From assembly GCA_964057225.1 (NCBI GenBank), contig OZ059895.1, positions 16,058,001 through 16,122,000 on the forward strand: a stretch of 64,000 bases of DNA, given 5' to 3'. A model generated the notes under the pieces. That model saw only the letters and a list, made by a program, of their open reading frames with translations. It did not search any database and had not been told where the DNA came from. Positions 26,846 to 38,728 of this stretch are shown piece by piece (positions within the stretch are counted from its first letter, which is position 1; the number at the start of each line of letters is the position of its first letter). A program made the translations under genes and the position numbers. The DNA is from Auanema rhodensis. Taxonomy: Eukaryota > Animalia > Nematoda.

Positions 26846-27481
26846 TATTGATCATCCGGATGGAACGTGCCATTTTTTCGAGTTTATGTCGCGTCCTCGC
26901 GACTATCAAAATGTGTGGCTTGTTTCAATCGTAGCAAGAGGTTTAGAGGTTTTACATGTTAAAATACATTGTTGTTGTGCAAATAATACAAAATTATACA
27001 ATATTAACCTTAACAATATTGTCTAAAAAGGATTTAATAAGTTTTAAGTAAAATAATACATGAGTATAGAGCAAAAACACAATCTTTTAAGAATACTAGA
27101 GCTATATTTTGTCAGCGAAAGTGCATGAAAGTAGCTTTTTGGGCACGACGCTGTGTGTCTAACCAATATAGAGCAGAGTAGCGAGAGCTAAGTTATATTC
27201 TCAATGAAGCTAGACTGTTTCTTCAGCTTTGAAAGAAAACATTATTTCTTGGAATTATTAAAACAATCCCATATAATTTCCAGAAATGAACTTTTATGAT
27301 AATTTGTAGCTATTATTATTATATTTTTTTTTCGATGTGCTTGAAACATGACTGCTCATTAAGTTATAGCTTACTGCTCATCTATCTATTGCTTGTGTTG
27401 GTAAAATTAATTTTTAGCTCTAGTTTCCTTAAAAAGATTTTATGCAGAATGTTTAACAATAGTGTAATCAATGTGGTTGTT

Positions 27482-28048
27482 TTATCTTCTTCTTGATGGT
27501 ATCCAATTATGATCTGATGGGTCTTCTGAGTCAATTTCGGTGTCTAATTCTTCATTATTGTTTCCGTGTATAACTTCGATAATTTCAATGTCACTGTCGT
27601 TATCTGAGTCGCTGTTTCTAGCTTTGGAGCGAGTGTTGTGCGCTGCTCCATATGTTGAACTTCGATTGAAAAGTTTCAAGTTGTCTTTGTGTATATCTTG
27701 GAGTTTTCCAAAAGGATTCTTGATTTGTACCATTGATCCTTTTATTTTGATGACCTCAAAGGGTCCATCATAACATTTCCTCAGCTTCTGACCTATTTTA
27801 TGTGACTTAATGGTCAACATAACTTGGTCTCCTTCACGGATGTCCCTTTCTTCAATTGGTTGTCTTGAATCGTGTTTCTTCTTTGCTTGTTGCTGATATT
27901 TTTCCAAGTTGTCTTGAATCACGTGGTTTGCTTCGGTTAATTTGCATTTCTTTAATGTTGGAGGCATGAGTAGTGCTCCCCCTATTGCTTTTGTGCATGC
28001 TTGGTAGCTTGATGCACAAGGCAGCAGTATTGCTGCTGTTAATGCCAT
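27482..28048 (-). pseudogene. Remnant of the gypsy integrase C-terminus (GPY/F module)
   Basis: IREGDQVML..KLRKCYDGPFEVIK..IHKDNLK; the catalytic core is absent. Confidence 0.75.
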
Positions 28049-28120
28049 TACAACAGTTAATGAGAGTGGTGAAAGAGAGATGGAGTTAACTCTTGAAGAG
28101 CTCCTATTTCTTCCTCTCGA

Positions 28121-29284
28121 TTAGTTTCTTCGTTCTTTAAATTGTACTCGCCTTTGTTCATTTCTTCCTCCTTGATTGTTATATCGAGGATTATAATTAT
28201 TTTGATACCAATTAGTACCATTATTGCTGTTTTGACGCTCGTTATTTCTTCCAAAATTATTTGGACGGCGATTATTTCCAAAATTATTATTACGTTGTGG
28301 GAAATTGTTATAATTTGAACGGTTTTTATTTGTTTGATAATTTTGATAATTTTGATTACCGCGCTGGTAACTTCGGTCAAACGTTCTGTTATCTCTTCTC
28401 TCTTTATTGCGCGTAAAGGGAGCTAGTGCTTGGTTAACTGCATTCACTAGCATCGCCTGAGTGTCTGCCGTCTGGTTGAATATTGATTCTTCCCAGCGAG
28501 CAGCCTCAATCGCCTCAGCAAAGGTTTTGGGCCTTGCTCGGATCACTCATGCCTTCAGAGTATTTTTAAGTCCTCTCAGGAAGGTTGATCGTAGTATGTG
28601 ATCATTATGTGGGTCGTCGCTGGCAAAAGCACTAAGGCTTATTGTTCGCAAAGCCTGAGCAAAGGCATCAATCGAAATATCCCCTTGACTAGTGTTTTGA
28701 AGGCTGATCAGTGCTGGGTCCTGATTATATTTAGGGCAGAGCTTTGATGTTAAAGCTGCTAACAAATCGTTCCATGAACCCGATGTTTTAAGGTGTTCAA
28801 GAGTTTGTTTGTATGCTTCTTCTGCCGCATCATTTTTAAGAAGCAACGGCAGAAGAGTCAACCTTTCAGGTATTACTAGGCCAAGTGCATTAGCGAAGAC
28901 ATTAAATATAGCGGTAAAGTCGCGGAAATTGCGGGTACCGTCATAAACAGGGCAGTAGAGAGATGTCAAAACTTGGGCAATTGTTGTTTTCCCCGCTCCG
29001 GGTAAATTGGTGGCGGGCTCAGTCATTTTTTTCGGAACAGTTATTACTGTATATGCAGATCTTGAACTTCCTGAAGTAGGAGTAATGTGCTCTGTTTGGT
29101 TATATTGGTTAGGTATCGTCAATTCGTCTAATCTTGGACTATTGAGAATTGGGGTTGATGTTTGTGGGTTATTTTTCAAAAGTTTTCTCTGCTCCGGTGA
29201 GGTGATTGGAGATAACGTATAGCGCGTGTATGTATTGGGTATTGTAGCAAGTCGCTGTGCTCGGCTAGATTTTGAGCGATTCAA
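28121..29284 (-). pseudogene. Retrotransposon gag, interrupted by an in-frame TGA at 28547-28549
   Basis: PVYDGTRNFRDF..SWNDLLAAL..QGDISIDAFAQALR..FLRGL..*..RPKTFAEAIEAARWEE, followed by an N/R-rich tail. Confidence 0.75.
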
Positions 29285-32130
29285 TAAATCAACGACTTTG
29301 TTTTTAAGAGATTGTAAGCCTGTTGTTGAAGGTGAACCAGTAGGTTCTTGACTTGAGAGAGAGAGAGAGAGATATCAGAATTATTTAGATTTTTATTATT
29401 TTTATGTATATTGGAAGAGCGTACCTTTTTTTTCGTAGTGGTGTTCGGTGTCTGTTCGTCTATGACCAAGGGTCGCTCGTCGTCTCCAGATGGTATGTAG
29501 TCCAGATTACTAGAACGTTCTGAAGGAGAAAAACGTACCTGCACGGGGCGTGTAAAATTTTTCCACGTTAGGCTTCTCCTCTGCTGTCTCTTCGTTGATG
29601 ATAGCGACACTTTGCGCGCTAATTCGGCCTCTGGTTACCGGAGCTGAATCGCGTGGATCCGGGTTGGAGTGTGTACTAAGAGGTACTTCTGAGTTATACC
29701 TTCTCTCCACCTTGTTAAGGCTCTTGGTTTGAAAAAACCTCGAGTGTCTGATTACGTGTGGGATTTTGAGACGTTAGGGAGTGTTGTGGATAAGGAGTTT
29801 TAGAAAAGGGGTGAGAAAGCTGTGAGTAACTGGTTTGTATAGTCGGCGTTAAGGAATGAATCTAAGTTGTGGCCTTTAACAGAGATCCGCCTACTACCGT
29901 ATGAAAGTTTTGGACTTTGTTCGCTTTCCAATTCAATATTCTTAAATGTATATAATTTAACCAGTTTGTATGTGTTCAAAAATGTTCAGTGCTCACTTGA
30001 TTGATGCCTGAGCAATCTCATTAGTCCTTATTCCCATTTTTTTCTTTTTCTGACGATTCTGATCTTCTTGGACTCACGAGTGATCGAAAATGACACGAAA
30101 ATGGACTTTGGTAAATGTTCAAAGGATTTTAGCGGTTCTCATAATGTACATTCGTAATAGCATCACTCTTTAAGGAAGCAATTTAGAAAATGAATGAGTA
30201 CCGTAGTCCCATCATGATCAGAAAGAAAAATTCAATAAATCAACGACTTTGTTTTTAAGAGATTGTAAGCCTGTTGTTGAAGGTGAACCAGTAGGTTCTT
30301 GACTTGAGAGAGAGAGAGAGAGATATCAGAATTATTTAGATTTTTATTATTTTTATGTATATTGGAAGAGCGTACCTTTTTTTTCGTAGTGGTGTTCGGT
30401 GTCTGTTCGTCTACGACCAAGGGTCGCTCGTCGTCTCCAGATGGTATGTAGTCCAGATCACTAGAACGTTCTGAAGGAGAAAAACGTACCTGCACGGGGC
30501 GTGTAAAATTTTTCCACGTTAGGCTTCTCCTCTGCTGTCTCTTCGTTGATGATAGCGACACTTTGCGCGCTAATTCGGCCTCTGGTTACTGGAGCTGAAT
30601 CGCGTGGATCCGGGTTGGAGTGTGTACTAAGAGGTACTTCTGAGTTATACCTTCTCTCCACCTTGTTAGGGCTCTTGGTTTGAAAAAACCTCGAGTGTCT
30701 GATTACGTGTGGGATTTTGAGACGTTAGGGAGTGTTGTGGATAAGGAGTTTTAGAAAAGGGGTGAGAAAGCTGTGAGTAACTGGTTTGTATAGTCGGCGT
30801 TAAGGAATGAATCTAAGTTGTGGCCTTTAACAGAGATCCGCCTACTACCGTATGAAAGTTTTGGACTTTGTTCGTTTTCCAATTCAATATTCTTAAATGT
30901 ATATAATTTAACCAGTTTGTATGTGTTCAAAAATGTTCAGTGCTCACTTGATTGATGCCTGAGCAATCTCATTAGTCCTTATTCCCATTTTTTTCTTTTT
31001 CTGACGATTCTGATCTTCTTGGACTCACGAGTGATCGAAAATGCCACGAAAATGGACTTTGGTAAATGTTCAAAGGATTTTAGCGGTTCTCATAATGTAC
31101 ATTCGTAATAGCATCACTCTTTAAGGAAGCAATTTAGAAAATGAATGAGTACCGTAGTCCCATCATGATCAGAAAGAAAAATTCAATAAATCAACGACTT
31201 TGTTTTTAAGAGATTGTAAGCCTGTTGTTGAAGGTGAACCAGTAGATTCTTGACTTGAGAGAGAGAGAGAGAGAGAGAGATATCAGAATTATTTAGATTT
31301 TTATTATTTTTATGTATATTGGAAGAGCGTACCTTTTTTTTCGTAGTGGTGTTCGGTGTCTGTTCGTCTATGACCAAGGGTCGCTCGTCGTCTCCAGATG
31401 GTATGTAGTCCAGATCACTAGAACGTTCTGAAGGAGAAAACGTACCTGCACGGGGCGTGTAAAATTTTTCCACGTTAGGCTTCTCCTCTGCTGTCTCTTC
31501 GTTGATGATAGCGACACTTTGCGCGCTAATTCGGCCTCTGGTTACTGGAGCTGAATCGCGTGGATCCGGGTTGGAGTGTGTACTAAGAGGTACTTCTGAG
31601 TTATACCTTCTCTCCACCTTGTTAGGGCTCTTGGTTTGAAAAAACCTCGAGTGTCTGATTACGTGTGGGATTTTGAGACGTTAGGGAGTGTTGTGGATAA
31701 GGAGTTTTAGAAAAGGGATGAGAAAGCTGTGAGTAACTGGTTTGTATAGTCGGCGTTAAGGAATGAATCTAAGTTGTGGCCTTTAACAGAGATCCGCCTA
31801 CTACCGTATGAAAGTTTTGGACTTTGTTCGCTTTCCAATTCAATATTCTTAAATGTATATAATTTAACCAGTTTGTATGTGTTCAAAAATGTTCAGTGCT
31901 CACTTGATTGATGCCTGAGCAATCTCATTAGTCCTTATTCCCATTTTTTTCTTTTTCTGACGATTCTGATCTTCTTGGACTCACGAGTGATCGAAAATGC
32001 CACGAAAATGGACTTTGGTAAATGTTCAAAGGATTTTAGCGGTTCTCATAATGTACATTCGTAATAGCATCACTCTTTAAGGAAGCAATTTAGAAAACGA
32101 ATGAGTACCGTAGTCCCATCATGATCAGAA
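29280..32130. repeat. Three tandem ~951-bp copies of the retroelement leader and upstream ORF
   Basis: Near-identical blocks start at ~29280, ~30231 and ~31182, joined by CATGATCAGAA-AGAAAAA-TTCAATAAATC. Confidence 0.93.
31183..31617 (-). CDS. Retroelement upstream ORF / gag N-terminal part (144 aa, non-ATG start); frameshifted in the other two tandem copies
   Basis: Homologous to 40715-41143. Copies 1 and 2 carry an extra A in the GAGAAAA run. Confidence 0.4.
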   Translation of the reverse strand: MERRYNSEVPLSTHSNPDPRDSAPVTRGRISAQSVAIINEETAEEKPNVEKFYTPRAGTFSPSERSSDLDYIPSGDDERPLVIDEQTPNTTTKKKVRSSNIHKNNKNLNNSDISLSLSLSQVKNLLVHLQQQAYNLLKTKSLIY

Positions 32131-32387
32131 GTCTAGTTTTAAAATTATGACTAGAAATAGGTGACTAAAGATTACAATAACTATATTTACAGAATTATGG
32201 TGTTTAGGAATGAGTCTTATGCTTCAAAACAACAATAACGGTATGAGGAAGGTGACATATAGTAAGGGGAGAAAATCCAAACTGATATGCTTAAGCCAAC
32301 TCGACCTGACGAATAAATTTAAATTTGGAGATCAGTTTGTAAGAATGTCGCAGGATTTTTCGGACTATAGCGAATATAAGTTATTAA

Positions 32388-34932
32388 CACATTCAGGACG
32401 GCGTGACCCAGCACTGGGTCACGGTCGGTAAATTACGTACAAAAAATTTAAAAATTTAAAAAATAGATTTTACTTGTTAATTTCAATATTATGTTAATAA
32501 ACAACACGGAAATAATCTAAAAAAGGGGAATGATACAAAACTAAGATAAAATGATAAAAAAAAACTGTCAATTTTTCTATCAATTTTTGTTCATTCTTGA
32601 ACGTACGGCATACTTTAAACTTGATCTATTTATGCTTAAGAACTTACTGTGATTAGATATCTAGTTGAATGATAGATGATATATCACTCTTCACATGCCT
32701 AAAGTTTTGATTCATAGATCCTTTTATTTTTGAAGTTATAGAATCTCAAATATACGATATCGTCATAAACTGTTTCACAATTTATTACATGCGTTTTAGC
32801 CATGAGCACTGTGTCGATTATTTTTTTAAAAATTTAAAATTTTTATGACTTTTACCTGATTTTCTATCTTATTTAGGTATTAATTTACTTTTTACCATTA
32901 TGAATTTTTTTACTTTTTTTATTGCATTTTTCAACTTTCTCTCGTCTTTCAGTTTCACTTATTCGAATATTTAGTTTTTCTCATTCAATTATTTAGGCTA
33001 CTCATTCGTACTTTGTTTACAAATGGACGCTGAAAACTTCTACCTCGAAGCTGACAACTTCTACCTCGATTCTGAGGATTCTGATTGGGATGATGACAAC
33101 GAGGAGAACGACGGAAATCTGTCTGGAGTTGTTTCCTGCGATGAGGACTAAATGGAAGAGGATGTAATGAAGAATGTCTTGAATGACGATTGGAAGGATG
33201 AGACATTCAAGAACTCCAGTTTTGACTTCACCGGCAGAATTGGAGCTAACGAAACTTGGATAGGAAATTGTCGGACACCCATCAGTTCTGGAGCTTGTTC
33301 GTCACATCTCATATGCTTATGATGATTGTGAATGAGACAAATCGCTATGAATCGACCAAGTTCAACACTCACTGGAATGACATCACCACTGCGGAGCTCC
33401 TCAAATTTTTTGGTCTGTGTCTACAAATGGGAATAGTTAGACTACCAGAACTCAAAAATTACTGGAGCAGTCACCCAGTTTTTGGATCAGCGATCGGTTC
33501 TAAAGTAATGAGTCGTTAAAAATTTGAACAAATTTTCCGGTCATTACATTTTGTGAACAATGCTGATACAGAAAAAAACAAGAACAACAGGCTGTTCAAG
33601 ATTGAGCCAATTCTGAAGATGTTCAACGATAGTGCTGCTAAGGCATGCATGCCAGGAAAACAGATCTGCATAGATGAGTCGATTGTTCCATTCCGAGGAC
33701 GGATCCTTTTCAAGCAATACATACCTCAGAAACATCATCGTTTTGGACTGAAATTGTTTAAACTGTGTTGTCCTCAAGGATACACATACAAAACAATTGT
33801 ATACACAGGAAAAGAGGTTGAGAGAACAGGAACAATTGCCGATACCGTCGTAATGAGATTGACTGAAAATCTTCTCCATGCTGGCAGACATCTTTTCACG
33901 GACAACTGGTATACTTCCATCTCTCTAGCTGAAAAACTGTTCAGCAACGGAACATATCTGACAGGAACTATCAGGAAGAATCGGATGGGAATTCCCGCTA
34001 AGATCAAAAATGCCAAGCTTCAAAGAGGAGAAATGATTTCACAGCAAAAAAATGGAATTGTTTCAATTTTCAAGTGGCAGGATAAACGGGAAATCTACAT
34101 GCTGTCTACCCATCACGATTACAGTGTTTGCATAAGAAAGACGAAGAAATGGTACATCAGATTGTTTTACCATATTATATTTCAAACTAGTATGGTTAAC
34201 GCATGGGTTCTCTATAACCAAATGTTTCCTGATGCTAAAATCTCTATAACGGCTTTCAAAATCAAAATTATAGAAGATCTTCTTGATTTTGACTCGATGA
34301 AAGACGCTAGAGAAGATGGACCGCGACCACTTCTTGTGAACATGGAAAAAAGGCCGGATAATAGGTAGCGCTGTTTTGGATGTTATGCACAAGAGCGAGA
34401 AGGAAAGAACAGAAAAGAAGCATCAGCATCAACCAAGAAAACAAGGAACATGTGTAGTGAATGTTTGAAACCTTATTGTCCTAATTGTTTTACTTCTTGT
34501 TCACATTCATGCATTGAAAAATAAATTTTTTTTTATAAATGTTATTATTTTATAGATGATATAAGCAAAATGGTGGGGGCATAACTTCAAAAATAAAAGG
34601 ATCTATGAATCAAAACTTTAGGCATGTGAAGAGTGATATCTCATCTATCATTCAACTAGATATCTAATCACAGTAAGTTCTTAAGCATAAATAGATCAAG
34701 TTTGAAGTATGCCGTACGTTCAAAAATGAACAAAAATTGATAGAAAAATTGACAGTTTTTTTTTATCATTTTATCTTAGTTTTGTATCATTTCCCTTTTT
34801 TAGATTATTTCCGTGTTGTTTATTAACATAATATTGAAATTAACAAGTAAAATCTATTTTTTAAATTTTTAAATTTTTTGTACGTAATTTACCGACCGGG
34901 ACCCAATGCTGGGTCACGCCGCTCTGAATGTG
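32388..34932 (+). mobile_element. piggyBac-family DNA transposon (2545 bp) with ~350-bp TIRs
   Basis: TTAA TSDs at 32384-32387 and 34933-34936, termini CACATTCAG/CTGAATGTG, inverted repeats at 32388-32739 and 34581-34932. Confidence 0.93.
33023..34524 (+). pseudogene. piggyBac (PGBD4-like) transposase pseudogene
   Basis: IVNETNRY, ELLKFFGL, YWS, CIDESIVPFRGR..KQYIPQK, LFTDNWYTS, GTIRKNR, KWQDKREIYMLST, RKTKKWY and a C-terminal Cys-rich domain. It has stops at ~33517 and 34366, 5' frameshifts, and lacks the segment with the third catalytic Asp. Confidence 0.9.
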
Positions 34933-35389
34933 TTAAAATTAAACATCCTCTCACTTGTTGTGAGGTTTCCCGTACGATTTTTAAGCGTTTTTTTATATTT
35001 TTGGATGGTAAATGCTAAAGGTTGTCTGAACGATTTTAAACGCAAAATGTAATAGTCCTTATCGCAAAATTATTTAAATTTCAAATTGGCATGCTTTTCA
35101 TCCACAAAATTTAAGGAATAACTGGAGTTATTCTTTCCTCAAACCCGAAATCATTCCTTAAAAGGAGAATGGTGTGGGTAATAATCAAAATATATAAAAT
35201 CTTTAGGTGAATCTGTTCACGAATTCAGCCTAAAGTCCTCATGTGGCTTCGAGGTCGGGTAACAGTATAAATCAGATGTTTATAGCAAGGATATGTGACT
35301 TAGGTTCAGACATGACAAAATTGTGAACAACGGGATCAAGTAAAATAAATTCTTCCCAAAATGTATAATTTTTCTCTCTTATTATGAGA

Positions 35390-35628
35390 GGTATTCTGAT
35401 AACGTGTAGTCTCATATCCTCGGTAGTATAGTGGTGAGTATCCGCGTCTGTCATAAGCGAGACCCAGGTTCAATTCCCGGCCGGGGAGAATGTTTTACAC
35501 CTGTTCAGTATGTTTTCTTCCAGGTAATGCCCTGAGGGTTAAATTATCCGTAAATGTATTGTTTCATTGGCTAAATGGTTGTGAACGGGATGGTCGCCAA
35601 TACTGTCGGGTTCTTCCCGCTTGAGTTG
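35390..35628 (+). repeat. Isolated partial array unit
   Basis: Unit sequence from GGTATTCTGATAACG to the MULE TSD. Confidence 0.9.
35417..35488 (+). pseudogene. tRNA-Asp, degenerate copy
   Basis: CTGTCATAAGCG breaks the anticodon stem and CCCAGG breaks the T stem. Confidence 0.75.
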
Positions 35629-38222
35629 GGGTCTGAGACGTTTCGTCGTCTCCTATTTTTACAACCTCTCCCCAGCAAGCCTAACGGTCGTAAATTATAC
35701 CACACGTGTTTTACTCTCAGTTTTTGGTCGTTTAGACTTCTAAAAATTACCCAAAAACTTAAACAGTTCATAAAAAATCAAGGTTTTCAATCTAAACGGC
35801 AAGGAGGTTTTTGTGTTAGAAAAAAAATATATGGTTCAAAAAATTTATTAGAGTTTAGTTTTTCAAGTTAAATGATTCAAAAATAAGATTTTCTGGTGTT
35901 AAATTTCGCCATCTCCTCGACATATGCTATTATTTCTTCCTGATTAGGCAGTCGGTTATTGGAGATGCTCTTGAAGTTTTCAAACTGAACCTCAATCCGT
36001 TGTTGCCTCTCAATTACGTTTTTTCTTTTTTTCCTGGCAGGCTCAACATTCGATGACAAAGCGATCAGGACATGATTAGCCATCAAATTTTCACCATGAA
36101 AAAAAGTAATTAATTCAGAAAGAGGAGGATGAGAACAAGATAAAATAGTCTTCATTTTATGGTGAAAGAGAGATTCAACATTATTAGATGTACAAAACTG
36201 TTTTATGTCCCATTTGCTCCAATAATGTCGCAAAGGTCCTTCAATCCATGTTTCATTCACATAACTGATCATTTGAAGACAAGAAGAATATGATGGATGA
36301 TCAGAAGAAACAGGAGAATTGAGTAACCCGGACCGTGAGATAAGATCAGTTTGAAGGAAGAGCAAGCCCAGCAGCCGACCATGCCATTGTTTGATTTCAA
36401 TGGATTGCTTCTCTGCTTGTGTCAAACCTAGTTGAAGAAACCGTCTGTTCAAGCTCTGAGCATAATGAAATGCACATCCTTGAACAGAATTAAAAATAGT
36501 TTCAGCTTCCCTTATTACAGCGATCTCAAAATCACAGATAAAAATAAGGTTTTCAACTATGCAACCAACGTTGGAGAGAGCTAGTGCAATATGTTGAAGA
36601 AGCCTTCTATAAGTGAACCTACTCTTATTTTTTAAAATGGAATAGAAAAGAGGTACAGTTGTTCCATTTCTGCAACCGCCCATGATGGTATATGTTTGTT
36701 CCATATCCAAAGGCTGGTATTTGAAACAACCGTCCCCAAGCAAATGAGTTAAACCATTCTGAACAGCTAGTTCCAAACAAAATGTATCAAAATACAAATG
36801 AAACTCGCTGTCATGAAAATGCAAGAACGTACGATCATTGATAGTTTTGGACAAAGACAGAGGAACATTGGTCATGGATGTTCTTAAGTCTTTACGAGAA
36901 CTTAAAGCCCTTGTAATAGCTCTACGTCTACTATCGTAGCCACCATGAAACCAAGCAGAGGAAACTTCTTGCTTTTCATGCTCTTCTAACTCAGATTCAT
37001 GAAATATTTTTTTTATTTCATTGACAAATAAGGAATATGCTTTCATCTCAAAACATGAGTCTGAACTTTTAATATTCTGAGTTAGAGAGTATGTGATATT
37101 TTTGCATTTGTTAATAGAAAACAAAAATGGATCACAATAATGGTTTTGAGCAACAGGATTTTCGAGAAATACATTATTTTCTACTTTGATAGAAGTGTAT
37201 TTACCCAAATGTTTACAACCCGTGCAACGATAAATAGAATAAGCTTTTTGAGAACTTTTACTACTGAATTGGTAGCGATACAGCAAGTTTTCAAATTTAT
37301 ATTCTAAACAGGGGTGTACACCCTGCTTAGAAGGCGCAATGAGAGCGGCGTATGAGTTAGGATTTGCAGATTGCGAAGAAAATGAAGAAGAAGGAGAGGG
37401 AACAGAAGAAGAAGGAGAGGGAACAGAAGAAGAAGGAGAGAGAACAGGTAAAGAAGGAGAGGAAACAGAAGGAGGAGAAGAAGAAAGAGAAGATGACGAT
37501 GAAGAATGAACGGCAGAAGAAGAAGAAGAAGGCTGAATAGAAAGATGTGAAGTAGAAGAAGAGAACAGTGGAACAGTCCTTCTGTTGACAGTAGGAACAG
37601 TAACTGTAGCAACAGATTCAACTGAAGAAGATGCCGCAGATGAATTTGCTAGAGAAAGAGCAGAAGCAAAATTAACATTTTGCTGCCTCAATGGAGGGAT
37701 ATTGAAAGATGGAAGAGTGAAATTCAAAAATGAGAGTGAAGTTACATCATTTGAATAAACTTCAAGATTCTGAGTATTTACCGAAGAATTATTGAAAAAG
37801 ATAGTTATGTTCTCCGAAGGAACATTATCAAAAGGCTGAGAAACAAGAACAAATTTACCCTGAGCGTTAATCATCAGAGAAAATGGACAGAAAGTAGAAG
37901 GAAAAATCATGATGAACGAGAAAAGTTGAGAAAGTGTGAATAAGCAAACTTATCGAAAGAAAAGATAAACTAACAACTATTACTATGAACTCACGTAACT
38001 GTTGACTTGAAACTGTTTGATGATAGCCTGGTTGATAGAACTGTATGTTTATTTTAATTTCTGCTTTTTTCAATTTATATTTTGATGGCACTTCAAGGTA
38101 TGTAGCCACTTATATCTGACTTCTATAGATTTATAGCTTTAATAGCACCCCGAGTTACATGAACACTGACACTTGTCAGCACATTAGTTCACAAACTAGA
38201 GACGACAAAACGTCCGCCACCC
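35629..38222 (-). mobile_element. Mutator-like element (MULE), 2594 bp
   Basis: 9-bp TSD CTTGAGTTG (35620-35628, 38223-38231). Imperfect 24-bp TIRs GGGTCTGAGACGTTTCGTCGTCTC / GAGACGACAAAACGTCCGCCACCC. Confidence 0.9.
35877..37910 (-). CDS. MULE transposase, 677 aa uninterrupted ORF
   Basis: FLYWCH-like YRCTGC..NHYC, then LLGDGCFKYQP, VPLFYSILKNK, FICDFEIA, GCAFHYAQ (CxxH) and TSNNVESLFH. Ser/Pro-rich N-terminal tract. The true start may be in an upstream exon. Confidence 0.88.
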   Translation of the reverse strand: MIFPSTFCPFSLMINAQGKFVLVSQPFDNVPSENITIFFNNSSVNTQNLEVYSNDVTSLSFLNFTLPSFNIPPLRQQNVNFASALSLANSSAASSSVESVATVTVPTVNRRTVPLFSSSTSHLSIQPSSSSSAVHSSSSSSLSSSPPSVSSPSLPVLSPSSSVPSPSSSVPSPSSSFSSQSANPNSYAALIAPSKQGVHPCLEYKFENLLYRYQFSSKSSQKAYSIYRCTGCKHLGKYTSIKVENNVFLENPVAQNHYCDPFLFSINKCKNITYSLTQNIKSSDSCFEMKAYSLFVNEIKKIFHESELEEHEKQEVSSAWFHGGYDSRRRAITRALSSRKDLRTSMTNVPLSLSKTINDRTFLHFHDSEFHLYFDTFCLELAVQNGLTHLLGDGCFKYQPLDMEQTYTIMGGCRNGTTVPLFYSILKNKSRFTYRRLLQHIALALSNVGCIVENLIFICDFEIAVIREAETIFNSVQGCAFHYAQSLNRRFLQLGLTQAEKQSIEIKQWHGRLLGLLFLQTDLISRSGLLNSPVSSDHPSYSSCLQMISYVNETWIEGPLRHYWSKWDIKQFCTSNNVESLFHHKMKTILSCSHPPLSELITFFHGENLMANHVLIALSSNVEPARKKRKNVIERQQRIEVQFENFKSISNNRLPNQEEIIAYVEEMAKFNTRKSYF

Positions 38223-38728
38223 CTTGAGTTGCAATTAAAACCTGATCGAATGGTTTTCCTCAAGATTCACAAATTGAATAAAGTGAAACCCATATGAGAT
38301 ACCAAACAAGGTATGGCCTGTTAGACTCATTGAGTTGACCATTAAACTTACCTGGCTGGGAGCTGCCCGCGATCATCAAGGCGGGCTCTCTACGAAGAGG
38401 CCTGATCATTGCACTTTTCGATTGGGCTGACCTGTATGGCAATCTCGAGTATAAATTTATGCTTGGTGATCAGAATATCTTGAGAGTTTCACGTGAAATG
38501 GGCTGACATGTATGGCAATCTCGAGTTGAGATTCGCCAACAGCTAAATTTTTGCGTTTGGGGATGCGTTCGCGCGTCCCTTACAATCTGAAGTATAAAGT
38601 TCATGCTTCGTGATTAGAATATCTTGAGAGTTTCACGTGAGATCCACGTACATCCACACGCTCACTTCATTTTTGAAATATATTAGCATGATTGATGCTA
38701 AGGGAGAGACTTAGAATCGTAACGTTGG
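38223..38728 (+). pseudogene. Rearranged array unit with a split U1 (5' part 38344-38450; 3' part ~38499-38581)
   Basis: U1 jumps at CAATCTCGAGT to the 3' flank, then restarts at TGGGCTGACATG. There is a further spacer deletion at ~38689. Confidence 0.85.

Larger units (their letters stand above)
26603..32130 (-). mobile_element. Decayed Ty3/gypsy-like retrotransposon, pol core deleted, leader triplicated
   Basis: gag-like ORFs are followed directly by an integrase C-terminal GPF module. No protease, RT or RNase H is seen, and no matching 5' LTR was found. Confidence 0.75.

Noticed and set aside
28547-28549. Programmed stop read-through in gag
   Set aside because: The second copy has GGA here and its TGA three codons later, so these are independent nonsense mutations.
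37304-37621. Leu-rich 105-aa ORF and similar overlapping ORFs (28057-28380, 33544-34392 minus, 25166-25393, 4282-4482)
   Set aside because: They are alternative-frame or antisense shadows of transposon genes, low-complexity tracts or array sequence.
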